The notes: generated by a model from the sequence alone, not told the origin. Shown: positions 20,536-30,006, numbered from the stretch's first letter. The stretch: 64,000 nt of DNA from a candidate division WOR-3 bacterium (GCA_016934535.1 JAFGSQ010000006.1:2617-66616); one strand, 5' to 3'. A program made the numbers and translations.

Positions 20536-21645
20536 CTACATTTTTAGACGGAAACTTTTAACCGCCACCGCAAGAGACAGGAATGCATATACAATCATAA
20601 AAATAAACTCAATCCACAGAGTAGTAATACTTCCGCCTTTTAAAAAAACTGCTTTGATTATTGATATAAAATATTTTGCCGGAACAAAATGGCTTATCAG
20701 ACGCACTGGCAAAGGCATGTTGGAAACATCATACACGAATCCCGAAAGAAGAAACGCTGGAAGAAATGTTGAAACCAATGACAATTGACATGCCAAAAGC
20801 TGGTTTTTTGTTACTATGCTTATAGTCATTCCCATCATGAAGGCTCCGAAAAGAAAAAGAATACTGGAAAATGAAAAAAACAAAAAGTCTCCCTTTATCG
20901 GAATACCGAATATGAATTTTGCCGCCAATACAGCTACGACTACATCAAAGATTCCTATTAATAAATACGGTGTCAGTTTTCCTACAATTATTTCCAGTGA
21001 TTTCACAGGTGTCGAAATAAGAAGCTCCAAAGATCCATTTTCCCATTCTCTTGCCACGGTCAGAGAAGTGAGCATTGCCGCGATAATCATAATTATAACC
21101 GCCAGCAAACCCGGTATAACTCCTATACGGGTTGAGAGTTCCGGATTATAAAGAATTTTTACAGAGACACCCTGATTTGCTGCGTTTATTAATTTAAAGT
21201 AATCAGCCATAAGTACTGTTCTGTTGAATACTTCAGTTGCGTTTTTGGCATAATTTAGAGATATCCTCGCGAAATAAGCGTCCGATCCGTCTAAAATCAG
21301 CTGAATTTCAGGAGAATCGGCTCCAGAAAAATTCTCAGGAATGATAATTGCCGCCCGAATCATGTTTCTGTCCATAAGATTCATCAACTGGCTATAACTA
21401 TCCGCGTTCGACACGACTTTAAAAGTTCCTGAAGCCGTCATACCAGCCAAAAACGCTCGGCTCATACTTGATGAACTCCTGTCATATACTCCAAGTGGAA
21501 TATTTTTGACATCAAGCGATAGAGCGAAACCAAAAAACACAAGAAGAAGCAAAGGAATTGCTATCCCCATACCCAGACTTCTCGAATCCCTAATGACGTG
21601 AATAATTTCCTTCCGAGCCAGGGCAAACACTCTTCTATTATTCAT
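20536..21645 (-). CDS. ABC-2 family transporter permease (paralog)
   Basis: 369 aa with the same architecture as the adjacent permease. Confidence 0.8.
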   Translation of the reverse strand: MNNRRVFALARKEIIHVIRDSRSLGMGIAIPLLLLVFFGFALSLDVKNIPLGVYDRSSSSMSRAFLAGMTASGTFKVVSNADSYSQLMNLMDRNMIRAAIIIPENFSGADSPEIQLILDGSDAYFARISLNYAKNATEVFNRTVLMADYFKLINAANQGVSVKILYNPELSTRIGVIPGLLAVIIMIIAAMLTSLTVAREWENGSLELLISTPVKSLEIIVGKLTPYLLIGIFDVVVAVLAAKFIFGIPIKGDFLFFSFSSILFLFGAFMMGMTISIVTKNQLLACQLSLVSTFLPAFLLSGFVYDVSNMPLPVRLISHFVPAKYFISIIKAVFLKGGSITTLWIEFIFMIVYAFLSLAVAVKSFRLKM

Positions 21646-21648
21646 GCT

Positions 21649-22578
21649 TTAACTATCCGTAACTCTTATAAAAACATCTTCAAGTGATGGAACTATTGTT
21701 TTCACCAGGCTGAAGCTGTAATTTCTGCTTTTAAGCAATGATTCGATTTTGGATTTGTCAACTTTTTCTTTCAAAACAAGTTTCAAAATATTTTTATGAA
21801 TCAATCCTTCCAGAATAAATCCAGTCTTTTTAAGCTCTTCAAGAACTGAATTCGGATCACAGCATCTGATTTCTATCATCGGTTCGGGTGATATCATTTT
21901 TTTAAGTTCATCCGGACTTCCTATGGCTTTTATTGATCCGCGGTCAATCAGAGCCAGCTTGTGACAATACTCGGCTTCCTGCATATAATGCGTAGTAACA
22001 AATACAGTGACGCCGCTGTCTGAAAGTTCATAAATCAGTTTCCAAAAATTTCTTCTCGTGACAGGATCAACTCCGGATGTCGGCTCATCCAAAAAAAGTA
22101 TGGACGGATTGTGTACCACTGCACAACCCAGGGCCAGTCTTTGTTTCCAGCCCAAGGAAAGTGTTTTAGTAAGCCGGTTTTCCTTTCCTGTTAAACCTGC
22201 CATATCGAGTATCCATCTCTTTCTCATTTTTAATAAATTGTTTTTTACTCCGTATATTCCGCCGTAGAAATCTATGTTTTCTGAAATCTTCAGGTCTTCG
22301 TATAAAGAAAATTTTTGACTCATGTATCCGGTTATTTTTTTTACATCGTCAGGATGTTTCAAAATATCTATACCGTCCACGATGCAATCTCCAGAAGTAG
22401 GTTTAATTAGACCGCATAACATTTTTATTGTCGTTGTTTTACCGGCCCCGTTCGGTCCCAAAAAACCAAAAATTTCAGCCCTTTCTACATTCATGCTTAT
22501 ATAGTCGACGGCAGTGAAACCACCAAACTTTTTCAACACCTGACGGAGAATCACAGAATATTTACGATCGTCAGGCAT
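21649..22578 (-). CDS. ABC transporter ATP-binding protein
   Basis: Walker A GPNGAGKTT, signature LSLGWKQRL, Walker B LFLDEPTSGVD. Confidence 0.85.
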   Translation of the reverse strand: MPDDRKYSVILRQVLKKFGGFTAVDYISMNVERAEIFGFLGPNGAGKTTTIKMLCGLIKPTSGDCIVDGIDILKHPDDVKKITGYMSQKFSLYEDLKISENIDFYGGIYGVKNNLLKMRKRWILDMAGLTGKENRLTKTLSLGWKQRLALGCAVVHNPSILFLDEPTSGVDPVTRRNFWKLIYELSDSGVTVFVTTHYMQEAEYCHKLALIDRGSIKAIGSPDELKKMISPEPMIEIRCCDPNSVLEELKKTGFILEGLIHKNILKLVLKEKVDKSKIESLLKSRNYSFSLVKTIVPSLEDVFIRVTDS

Positions 22579-23500
22579 GCAAACCTTTCATCATGCTGAT
22601 GAAGACGTCTTCCAAACCGGGTTCAACGGGATATGTCTCATAATAATCGGAATTTTTTCTTTCAAGAACATCGGTAATAAATGAGACGTCGACGTTATTT
22701 TTAAATGTTAAGACGTTTACAAAATCCCCGTAAACAAATACGTCCGAGACTTCATTTATGCCGTCGAAGCATCTGGCGATCTCACCAGGTTTTTTACACA
22801 CTATTTTTATTATTTTTCCTGTAAACATCCCTTTTATGCTGTCCGGAGTTCCCTGAGCGATTATTTTTCCGTTGAAAATCAAAGATATGCTGTCGCATTT
22901 TTCGGCTTCGTCTATGTATGAAGTTGAAATGAATACAGATGTTCCTTCTTTAGTCACTCCGGAAAGTATTTTCCAGAATTCCATTCTAGAAACCGGATCA
23001 ACGCCGTTTGTCGGTTCGTCGAGAAATATAATTTGAGGTTTGTGAATCAAAGCACAGATCAGCGAGAGTTTTTGTTTCATTCCCCCTGAAAGATGTCCCG
23101 CTTTTCTTTTGACAAACTCCGACAAATTATACATTTCCAGAAATTTTGAAGATTTTTGTCTGCATTCTTTCCTGTCAACCTCGTAAATATCTGCATAAAA
23201 TTTTATGTTTTCCTCAACAGTTAGATCTCTGTACAAACCGAAGTTCTGACTAACGTAACCGATTTTATTTTTGATTTTTTCCGGATTGTTTGAAGGATTT
23301 AATCCTAATATTTCAACCACTCCGGAAGAAGGATTCATTACTGTTGACAATATTCTTATGAGAGTGGATTTTCCAGATCCGTCAGGACCGATCAATCCGT
23401 ATATTTCATTGCTTTTTACACTTAGAGAAATACAATCAATGGCTCTGACTTTCCCGAAATCCTTTGTAACTTTTTCGACTCTGATAATATCTTCATGCAT
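22571..23500 (-). CDS. ABC transporter ATP-binding protein (second, separate ATPase)
   Basis: Walker A GPDGSGKST, signature LSGGMKQKL, Walker B IFLDEPTNGVD. Overlaps the next ATPase gene by 8 nt. Confidence 0.85.
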   Translation of the reverse strand: MHEDIIRVEKVTKDFGKVRAIDCISLSVKSNEIYGLIGPDGSGKSTLIRILSTVMNPSSGVVEILGLNPSNNPEKIKNKIGYVSQNFGLYRDLTVEENIKFYADIYEVDRKECRQKSSKFLEMYNLSEFVKRKAGHLSGGMKQKLSLICALIHKPQIIFLDEPTNGVDPVSRMEFWKILSGVTKEGTSVFISTSYIDEAEKCDSISLIFNGKIIAQGTPDSIKGMFTGKIIKIVCKKPGEIARCFDGINEVSDVFVYGDFVNVLTFKNNVDVSFITDVLERKNSDYYETYPVEPGLEDVFISMMKGLHA

Positions 23501-23504
23501 CTCA

Positions 23505-24470
23505 TTAATATATTATTTCAATTGTCACCGGCATACCTGATTTAAGGGACTCATCACAATTCGGAACAAGTGCGTTAATTTCATAGACTAAACCGGCTCT
23601 GACATCTTCAGTATAAACAACAGAAGGTGAAAATTCTGCTTCGTTTGAGATGTTCAGAATTTTTCCCTCGAAAATGTTGTCTTCATCAGAACCAAAAAAG
23701 ATCGATACTTTCTGATTCAACCTGATGTTTCCGAGCTGATCTTCACTAATCCAAAAATTTACAATCACAGTATCCAACATACTTATCCGCGCAACTTCTT
23801 TCCCGGCCGCAACAATTTCCCCGCTTGCATAATTCAATTCTTCGACTACACCTTTTACAGGTGAAATTAAATATGTTCTGTCAACTTGAAGCTGGGCAAG
23901 TTCCAGGGACTTCTCGGCGGCGATTACTTTTTCAATCGCAATTTCAATATCTTCAACCCTGTTTCCTTCGTTTGCCAAAGAAAATTCCTGGAATGAAGCG
24001 CTGGTTTGTGCCTCTGCAATCTGGAATTCAGCCAATGCTTTGTCATAATCCTGCCGCGGCACATTTCCTTCTTCATAAAGAGCCTCTATGCGTAAAAGAT
24101 TTTCTTTAATCAATTCAAGTCTTGTCTGATTTTGTTTAAGAACATAATATGTTCTGCTGATTTCCTGGTTTCTCAGACCGGCTTGCAGTTTTTCCAAAGA
24201 CGCCCGCGCACCCGACAATTCTGCCAGCCTTAAGTCTCTGTTCAGTTCGAATTCTATCCTCTCTAATTCGGCAATAGTGTCGCCTGTTTCAATTTGTTCA
24301 CCCTCTTTAAAATTCACTTTGGAAATTCTTCCGCCGACAAGAAAAGCAAGCCTCAATTCGTCGGCCTCGACGAATCCGTAACATTTGATTTTTTGGATTT
24401 TATTTTGTTCACAGTCAGTTAAACTGACAAGACAAAAAAATAATATAATTTTTGATGATACATGTTTCAT
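23505..24470 (-). CDS. HlyD-family membrane-fusion / periplasmic adaptor protein
   Basis: 321 aa. N-terminal signal/anchor, long coiled-coil region and a C-terminal beta-barrel segment typical of HlyD/YbhG. First gene of a YbhGFSR-like operon. Confidence 0.8.
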   Translation of the reverse strand: MKHVSSKIILFFCLVSLTDCEQNKIQKIKCYGFVEADELRLAFLVGGRISKVNFKEGEQIETGDTIAELERIEFELNRDLRLAELSGARASLEKLQAGLRNQEISRTYYVLKQNQTRLELIKENLLRIEALYEEGNVPRQDYDKALAEFQIAEAQTSASFQEFSLANEGNRVEDIEIAIEKVIAAEKSLELAQLQVDRTYLISPVKGVVEELNYASGEIVAAGKEVARISMLDTVIVNFWISEDQLGNIRLNQKVSIFFGSDEDNIFEGKILNISNEAEFSPSVVYTEDVRAGLVYEINALVPNCDESLKSGMPVTIEIIY

Positions 24471-24553
24471 TGCAGATCTCTTTTATTTTTCAAATTTTAT
24501 ACCTTTTACCCAAAATTGCACTATAAAATATTTTAGATTAAAGTAAAAAAGAT

Positions 24554-24567
24554 GTTTCTATAGAAAC
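24554..24567. promoter_or_regulatory. Perfect 14-bp palindrome GTTTCTATAGAAAC in the divergent promoter region between the HlyD/ABC operon and the second cyclase-STAND gene
   Basis: Seen directly in the sequence. Candidate operator for a dimeric HTH regulator. Confidence 0.3.
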
Positions 24568-24686
24568 CAAGTGTTTGGAATATTAAAAAATTTTACTTAG
24601 TTTACTTATTGTCCAATAATGTTAAAATTGATACAAGGTGATTTTTGACCAAAGGAGAACGGCGTTTTAAGTAGCAGGGAATAATT

Positions 24687-27600
24687 ATGAAAAACAACAC
24701 GCCATCTTTTATACATGAACGCTTCAAATCCTCTCAGCAATACGGCGTATTTCCTTGTTCCGCAGTGACTATTAATCTTTCCGGTCTTCCCGGAATCATT
24801 GAAAAACTGAAAGATTATAAAAGCGAGGGTTTTACCGAATTCACGGCAAACATTACCAAAATTTACACGCCAATAATCGAGACCATATATCGCCACAGCG
24901 GATTTGTATGTAAATTTTTCAGCGACCAGTTTATAGCCGTTTTCCCACATGAAAATCCGTCCCCTTCAGCAGACAATGCAATTTTTTGCAGTCTCAGTAT
25001 ACTTAAAAAAATGAAAGATCTTGCCAGAATCAAAACTCCATTCGGAGATTACTTTATTTTTTGTAAAATCGGCATCGGAACTGGAAACGCCGATTGGGGA
25101 ATTTTCGGAAAAAAGGAAAAAAATTATTATTTTAAAGGCGACTCGTTCATAAAGTCCTACATGTCGATTTCCGCCGGAGCTCTGAACCGCGTGACACTCG
25201 ACGAATCCACGGTAAAATTGATTACTGACGAAAACATCAAGGCTTCGCTTTTCAGGCAGAAAAATTTCTTTTACGCTGAAAACGTAGATTCAGCTTTGAT
25301 GTCAACGGAATTCACTGATCCAAAATACACGGAAGTAAATGACGAAAGCTTTACTCGAACGGACCTATCAAAACTCCAGGACGGTGATTTCAGCCAGATC
25401 ACATCGCTTCTGACTTCTTTTGACGACAGAGCGTTTGACAACGAAGAAGAATTGATCGATTTTCTTTCATTCGTCTTCGAAAACTCCCGTAAAGACGGTT
25501 TGCTTTTCGGCGGACTTATACATTTCAAACCCAACCCTCACTTGACGTTCTATTTTGAATCAGAAGATGCGCAAAATATTGAAAACGCAGTAAAATCAAT
25601 TTTCCTGGCTGAAAAAGAATTTAAAATTTCAACTCGGACCGTAATGACGAGAGGTATCTCTTACGTTGGCTTCCTCGACACACAATATTATAAAGATTTC
25701 GTTTGTATTAGCCGTTCAATAAACACAGCAGAAATGATTTTGACTCAAACAACTGAAAAAGGAATTTTGATAACAGAAGAGATAAACGAGAAAATTAAAG
25801 ATTCGGTAAATACTCTGCCTCATTCTTCGTTCGTCGAAAAAGGATCCATCAAAGAAACGAGGATTTTCAAGGTTGTCAATAAAAAGACTACCGAACCCGC
25901 AAAAGGGCTTTTTAAAGAGAGGATCGTTTACGGAGAAAAATGTCTAAAGTTCGTAAAACCGTTTCTTGAAAAAAATTTTCCTGGAATAATTTATATTTAC
26001 GGCGACCAGGGCTCCGGAAAAACATTTTTTGCAAACGAGCTTTCAAAAAAATTGAAATCTTCAGTTTTTCTTCTTCACGGAAACCCAATTTTCAACGAAT
26101 CTTTGAAGCCGTTCAAGGATTTTTTCAATGATTTTTTTTTCAAAGAAGAAAGCGCTCAGGACAAGAAAGAAGCGTTCATCCAGAAATACGAAATATTTTT
26201 AAAAAAATGTCAATCATCGACTTCTGAAGGAAATGTTGTTTTAAATGAAGAATTGATAAGAACTCCGACGATTATTGCAGCTTTGACCGGTTTGGAGTGG
26301 GAAAACTCTGTTTACAACAGCGTAGAACAGTGTAATAGGTTTGAAAACTCGGTTTTTGCCATTAAAAATTTTATGCTCTCTGTCGCTTTTATGAATCCTT
26401 TAATTTTAATACTGGATGATTTTCAATACTTTGACCAGGATTCATTGAGCGTCATCCAGGTACTGACGCGCGATATCGCGAACCGTCAACTTCTCATTAT
26501 AGCAACCGCCCGATGTGAAAAAGGTTCTGAAAAACCGAAACTGCTTCTCGACGAAGATGTCCCAAGTCTCGAAATCGAACTTGCAAAAACTTCTATTCAA
26601 GCTCTCGAAGGATTTATAGTATCCTTTCTCGGAGAAGATTCGCCAGACAAATTAATAAACAAAATTACGACTCTTTCTTCCGGAAACCCCTACTTAGCCG
26701 AACAACTGTGTCTTTTGGCAGTGGAAGCACAGGAACAGAAAGAGGAACTGTATTCAAAATTACAAAGCAAAATAAATGAGATTGCAGCCAAAAGAGTTGA
26801 CTTTTGGGAGGAAAAATTACGTGACTCTGTCATTTTCTGTGCGATTTTAGGTAATCATTTCGACAAAAAATCACTCACAGCTTCAAATCCATCGAAAATC
26901 GAAGATTCAAAACTAATCAACTTTTATGACTCTCTCCTGGATGAAGGAGTAAAAAAACAGATTTGGACAATTTCGGCGCCCACCCACATATTTTTTAGAA
27001 ATGAAGAACTCAGAAAATCCATAGTCCAAAACTTGAGCGAAGAAAAAAGAACGACCTTACACCTTGAAGCGGCTAAAGTCCTTGAAACTCTGTTTGGAGA
27101 TGATAAAACACGATTCACTGAAATCGCCTTTCATTTTCAAAGAGGCGGAGACATCGTCAAGGCGGTTAAATACTATATCGATTCCGCCGAATGGTCTTTC
27201 TTTAATTACAGACTTGAAGAATCCGTTGGCCTCTTGAGGACGGCTTATGAGATAGAGAAAGATTTGACAAAAAAATTCGAAATATTATTGAAAATGTTCT
27301 CTGTTCAGAAAGAAATGAAAATTTTTCAGATAGACGAAATACTATACGGACAGGCGGATGAATATTTCCGCTCTGAGAATGACACACCATCTTCCGTAAA
27401 ATTGCTATATTACAGGGCTCATTCTTTTCTCAAGGAAGACGATAAAGACAGAGCTCTCGAGTATATTGAACAGGCGAAAAATCTTGCCGAAGAAAATAAT
27501 CAAACCGAACTTCTGCCTGAAATTTACAAATTTTTTGTTCCTATGCTCATAGAAACACGCAGATTCGAAAAGGCGGAAAAAAGCCTCGATTCTTTCGAAA

Positions 27601-28412
27601 AACTTCCGGAAAAAACCGTCGAACCGCACCTTGGAGACATTATTTCATTCAAAGGGACAATCTTGATGAATAAAGGGAAATTTGACCAGGCACTTGAAGT
27701 GTTCGACAAGGCGGTCACAATTTTTGAAAACAATAAAAATCTGTCCGGTATGGCACCTGTTCTCGACAATGTATCAAAGATATATTTCAAAAAAGGTAAA
27801 GCCGGAAAAGCTTTGGAATACAGTATAAAGTCGCTAAACGTCGGCAAAGAGATAGGTTCATACAAGACCATGGTAATAAATCTGCACAACATAGGCGGAG
27901 TCTTCATGAAGGCGAGAGATTTCAACAAGGCCGTAAAATTTCTCGAACAATCCCAGCGTTTGTCCCGCGAGCTGAAAAACTACAAACTTGAATCTTACGT
28001 CCTCGACAAACTTGGAGACATAGAAAGAGCGAGAGGCTACATGGCAGAGGCTATGTCTTTTTACGAAAGGTCTCTTGAAAACCGTTTAAAACTGGGTGAC
28101 TTGATTGCCGCTGGAAAATCGTTTAAATTCATCGGCGACGTTCTCAGCAGTCAGAACAACTTTGATAAAGCCAAAGAATATTACGTAAAAAGCATGTCGT
28201 ATTTTAAGAAAGCCGATGACAGGAAATCATTGGCCGAATCAATAGAAAGCTTCGGAACAAACGAGTTTAAAAAAGACAAACAAAACAAATTCAAGACTCT
28301 CAAATGCTTGGAACACGCATGGAACATATACGAGAGCCTTAGCGACTACGACAGACTGACCAACCTCGAAAAACTTATAAACCAGGTCACGTGGGAAGGC
28401 ATAGACATCTGA
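24687..28412 (+). CDS. Paralogous multidomain protein: two degenerate cyclase-homology-like domains + P-loop STAND ATPase + TPR repeats
   Basis: Same overall architecture as 9756..13742. Walker A GDQGSGKTFF. The cyclase-like regions lack the FxDxxGFT Asp (VTINLSGLPG) and have degenerate N/R motifs, so they are probably non-catalytic. C-terminal TPR array. Confidence 0.7.
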   Translation: MKNNTPSFIHERFKSSQQYGVFPCSAVTINLSGLPGIIEKLKDYKSEGFTEFTANITKIYTPIIETIYRHSGFVCKFFSDQFIAVFPHENPSPSADNAIFCSLSILKKMKDLARIKTPFGDYFIFCKIGIGTGNADWGIFGKKEKNYYFKGDSFIKSYMSISAGALNRVTLDESTVKLITDENIKASLFRQKNFFYAENVDSALMSTEFTDPKYTEVNDESFTRTDLSKLQDGDFSQITSLLTSFDDRAFDNEEELIDFLSFVFENSRKDGLLFGGLIHFKPNPHLTFYFESEDAQNIENAVKSIFLAEKEFKISTRTVMTRGISYVGFLDTQYYKDFVCISRSINTAEMILTQTTEKGILITEEINEKIKDSVNTLPHSSFVEKGSIKETRIFKVVNKKTTEPAKGLFKERIVYGEKCLKFVKPFLEKNFPGIIYIYGDQGSGKTFFANELSKKLKSSVFLLHGNPIFNESLKPFKDFFNDFFFKEESAQDKKEAFIQKYEIFLKKCQSSTSEGNVVLNEELIRTPTIIAALTGLEWENSVYNSVEQCNRFENSVFAIKNFMLSVAFMNPLILILDDFQYFDQDSLSVIQVLTRDIANRQLLIIATARCEKGSEKPKLLLDEDVPSLEIELAKTSIQALEGFIVSFLGEDSPDKLINKITTLSSGNPYLAEQLCLLAVEAQEQKEELYSKLQSKINEIAAKRVDFWEEKLRDSVIFCAILGNHFDKKSLTASNPSKIEDSKLINFYDSLLDEGVKKQIWTISAPTHIFFRNEELRKSIVQNLSEEKRTTLHLEAAKVLETLFGDDKTRFTEIAFHFQRGGDIVKAVKYYIDSAEWSFFNYRLEESVGLLRTAYEIEKDLTKKFEILLKMFSVQKEMKIFQIDEILYGQADEYFRSENDTPSSVKLLYYRAHSFLKEDDKDRALEYIEQAKNLAEENNQTELLPEIYKFFVPMLIETRRFEKAEKSLDSFEKLPEKTVEPHLGDIISFKGTILMNKGKFDQALEVFDKAVTIFENNKNLSGMAPVLDNVSKIYFKKGKAGKALEYSIKSLNVGKEIGSYKTMVINLHNIGGVFMKARDFNKAVKFLEQSQRLSRELKNYKLESYVLDKLGDIERARGYMAEAMSFYERSLENRLKLGDLIAAGKSFKFIGDVLSSQNNFDKAKEYYVKSMSYFKKADDRKSLAESIESFGTNEFKKDKQNKFKTLKCLEHAWNIYESLSDYDRLTNLEKLINQVTWEGIDI

Positions 28413-28511
28413 ATTTTCCCGTTTTTTCTGATCTGATTTCAACCAAACACATTTTTATTACAATCGAGTGCATTTTGTGACATATAAGTTTCAAAATTTT
28501 TCAAATTCACT

Positions 28512-28545
28512 AAAAAAAAATCTGCCGTTTTACGGCAGATTTTTC
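28512..28545 (-). terminator. Rho-independent terminator, mainly minus-strand
   Basis: Hairpin ATCTGCCG-tttta-CGGCAGAT at 28520-28540, followed on the minus strand by a 9-T run. It sits 13 nt after the stop of the small Cys-rich ORF. Confidence 0.6.
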
Positions 28546-28557
28546 GCGGAAATGAAT

Positions 28558-28698
28558 TTAATTATTTTTCTCTTCTTTTTCACAGCATCCTTTTTTCTCG
28601 CAGGGATGCTTGGAATTTTCGCCGTGGCATTCTTTTATCTGTTCTTTTGAGCATTCTCCGGGTTTGACATCTTTTTCGCAGTGTTTTTTCTTACACAT
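28558..28698 (-). CDS. Unannotated 46-aa Cys-rich (7 Cys) peptide, possibly a metallothionein-like metal-binding peptide
   Basis: Translation: MCKKKHCEKDVKPGECSKEQIKECHGENSKHPCEKKGCCEKEEKNN. RBS AAGGAG 6 nt upstream. It lies downstream of arsR on the same strand and is followed by a strong terminator. It overlaps the 3' end of the arsR ORF by ~64 nt in another frame. Confidence 0.3.
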   Translation of the reverse strand: MCKKKHCEKDVKPGECSKEQIKECHGENSKHPCEKKGCCEKEEKNN

Positions 28699-28982
28699 CT
28701 GTGGCTCCTTTTTTGGGTTTTCAATAAATAGTCATGATACTCTTTTAAAAAAATTTCCACCTGTTCTTTTTCGACTGAATAATGCGCGAAATACCCGGTT
28801 TTTATCGCTTTCACGAAACCGGCTTCCCTCAATATTTTCAGGTGCTGAGAAACAGCGGATTCGGATATTCCGGTGATTTTTGAAACGGCTTTTCCGCAGA
28901 GATTTCCCGAAGATATCAGCGACATTATTTTAGCTCTCGTAGGGTCTAACAAAGCCCTTATTTTCTTTTCTTCAATTTTCAT
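28635..28982 (-). CDS. arsR: ArsR/SmtB-family metalloregulatory transcriptional repressor
   Basis: wHTH core AVSKITGISESAVSQHLKILREAGFV. Length ~115 aa with a Lys-rich C-terminal tail. Confidence 0.8.
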   Translation of the reverse strand: MKIEEKKIRALLDPTRAKIMSLISSGNLCGKAVSKITGISESAVSQHLKILREAGFVKAIKTGYFAHYSVEKEQVEIFLKEYHDYLLKTQKRSHRCVRKNTAKKMSNPENAQKNR

Positions 28983-29115
28983 AATTAAGTGATGACTGAA
29001 TTAATTTAGTGTTAACTTTATATGTATTTCACTGTTTTGTCAAAAGAATATTATTGTTTATAGATTCTATTATCTAAAGTCGCTTCAAAACAGAACATCT
29101 ATTATGAAAAATCTA

Positions 29116-29147
29116 TTAAAAAGCAAAAGCGCGGCTTAGGCCGCGCT
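29116..29147 (-). terminator. Rho-independent terminator (minus strand) downstream of the Lys-rich small ORF
   Basis: GC-rich stem AGCGCGGC-ttag-GCCGCGCT, followed on the minus strand by TTTTGCTTTTT. Confidence 0.5.
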
Positions 29148-29198
29148 CCCATGTATTTATCTTTTTGAATTTTCTGTTAGAAACCATTACATGGCAGT

Positions 29199-29303
29199 CT
29201 ATTTTTTCTTTTTATCGCTCGTACCGCTTTTTCCCTTTCCGCAGGGTTTCTTTTTCGTTCCATCCATCTTTTTCCCTTTACCGCTTCCAGCTGTCTTTGC
29301 CAT
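29199..29303 (-). CDS. Unannotated 34-aa Lys/Gly-rich basic peptide
   Basis: Translation: MAKTAGSGKGKKMDGTKKKPCGKGKSGTSDKKKK. GGAGGA RBS 4-5 nt upstream of the ATG, an AT-rich promoter region and its own terminator. The ORF-track entry 29177..29401 is a different frame of the same DNA. Confidence 0.35.
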   Translation of the reverse strand: MAKTAGSGKGKKMDGTKKKPCGKGKSGTSDKKKK

Positions 29304-29572
29304 GAGTCCTCCTCTTTTAGGTGATATAACCACCATCTTGTGACTCGAAATATATATAACCCTACATATAGTAATGTATTACAAAAAATAATTATAGTCA
29401 AGTAAATTTATTTTCAAATATGATTGTCTTTATATGTCATTACAAAAATATAACTTTATTTTTAACAAAAAATCGAAAACAATTCAGAGCATCCAAAATT
29501 TTACTAAAGCGTATTTATAAATTTTTAACATTTATTTTTTAAACTTATATTGAAATTAAAAAGGAGAAAATA

Positions 29573-30004
29573 GTGAAAAAAGTTCTGTTCGTCTGCGTTC
29601 ACAATTCGGCAAGAAGCCAGATTGCAGAAGAGCTTCTTAAAAAATTCGCGCCGGACATGTTTGAAGCGGAAAGCGCCGGCTTGGAACCCGGTGAAATAAA
29701 TCCTTACGTCGTTGAAATATTAAAAGAAGAAGGTATTGACGTTACGAAAAAAAAGACGAACAGCGTGTTTGCTTTTTTTAAACAAGGAAAAAAATACAAC
29801 TATGTAGTGACAGTCTGCAGTGAAACCGAGGGAGAAAAATGTCCGCTTTTCCCCGGGGTGTCAGAAAGGCTTCATTGGAGTTTCGAGGATCCTTCGGCTT
29901 TTAAAGGGAATCACGAGGATGTTATTAATTTGGTCAGAAGTCTCAAAGACAAAATAAAAGAATCCATATTGAAATTTATCAAAGATCATGGAGACGAAGC
30001 CTGA
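29573..30004 (+). CDS. arsC: Arsenate reductase, low-molecular-weight phosphatase family (thioredoxin-coupled)
   Basis: N-terminal P-loop CVHNSARSQ (CX5R); conserved downstream Cys (VTVCSE...KCP); 143 aa. RBS AAGGAG. Confidence 0.85.
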   Translation: MKKVLFVCVHNSARSQIAEELLKKFAPDMFEAESAGLEPGEINPYVVEILKEEGIDVTKKKTNSVFAFFKQGKKYNYVVTVCSETEGEKCPLFPGVSERLHWSFEDPSAFKGNHEDVINLVRSLKDKIKESILKFIKDHGDEA

Positions 30005-30006
30005 CT

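Noticed and set aside
28635-28700. Lys-rich C-terminal extension of the arsR ORF (…HRCVRKNTAKKMSNPENAQKNR)
   Set aside because: It may be fortuitous read-through in AT-rich DNA. It is kept as part of arsR because the stop is where it is, but it overlaps the better-supported Cys-rich small ORF in another frame.
29177-29401. 74-aa ORF-track entry on the minus strand
   Set aside because: It has no RBS and starts deep in the promoter region. The alternative frame with a GGAGGA RBS (29199..29303) is preferred.
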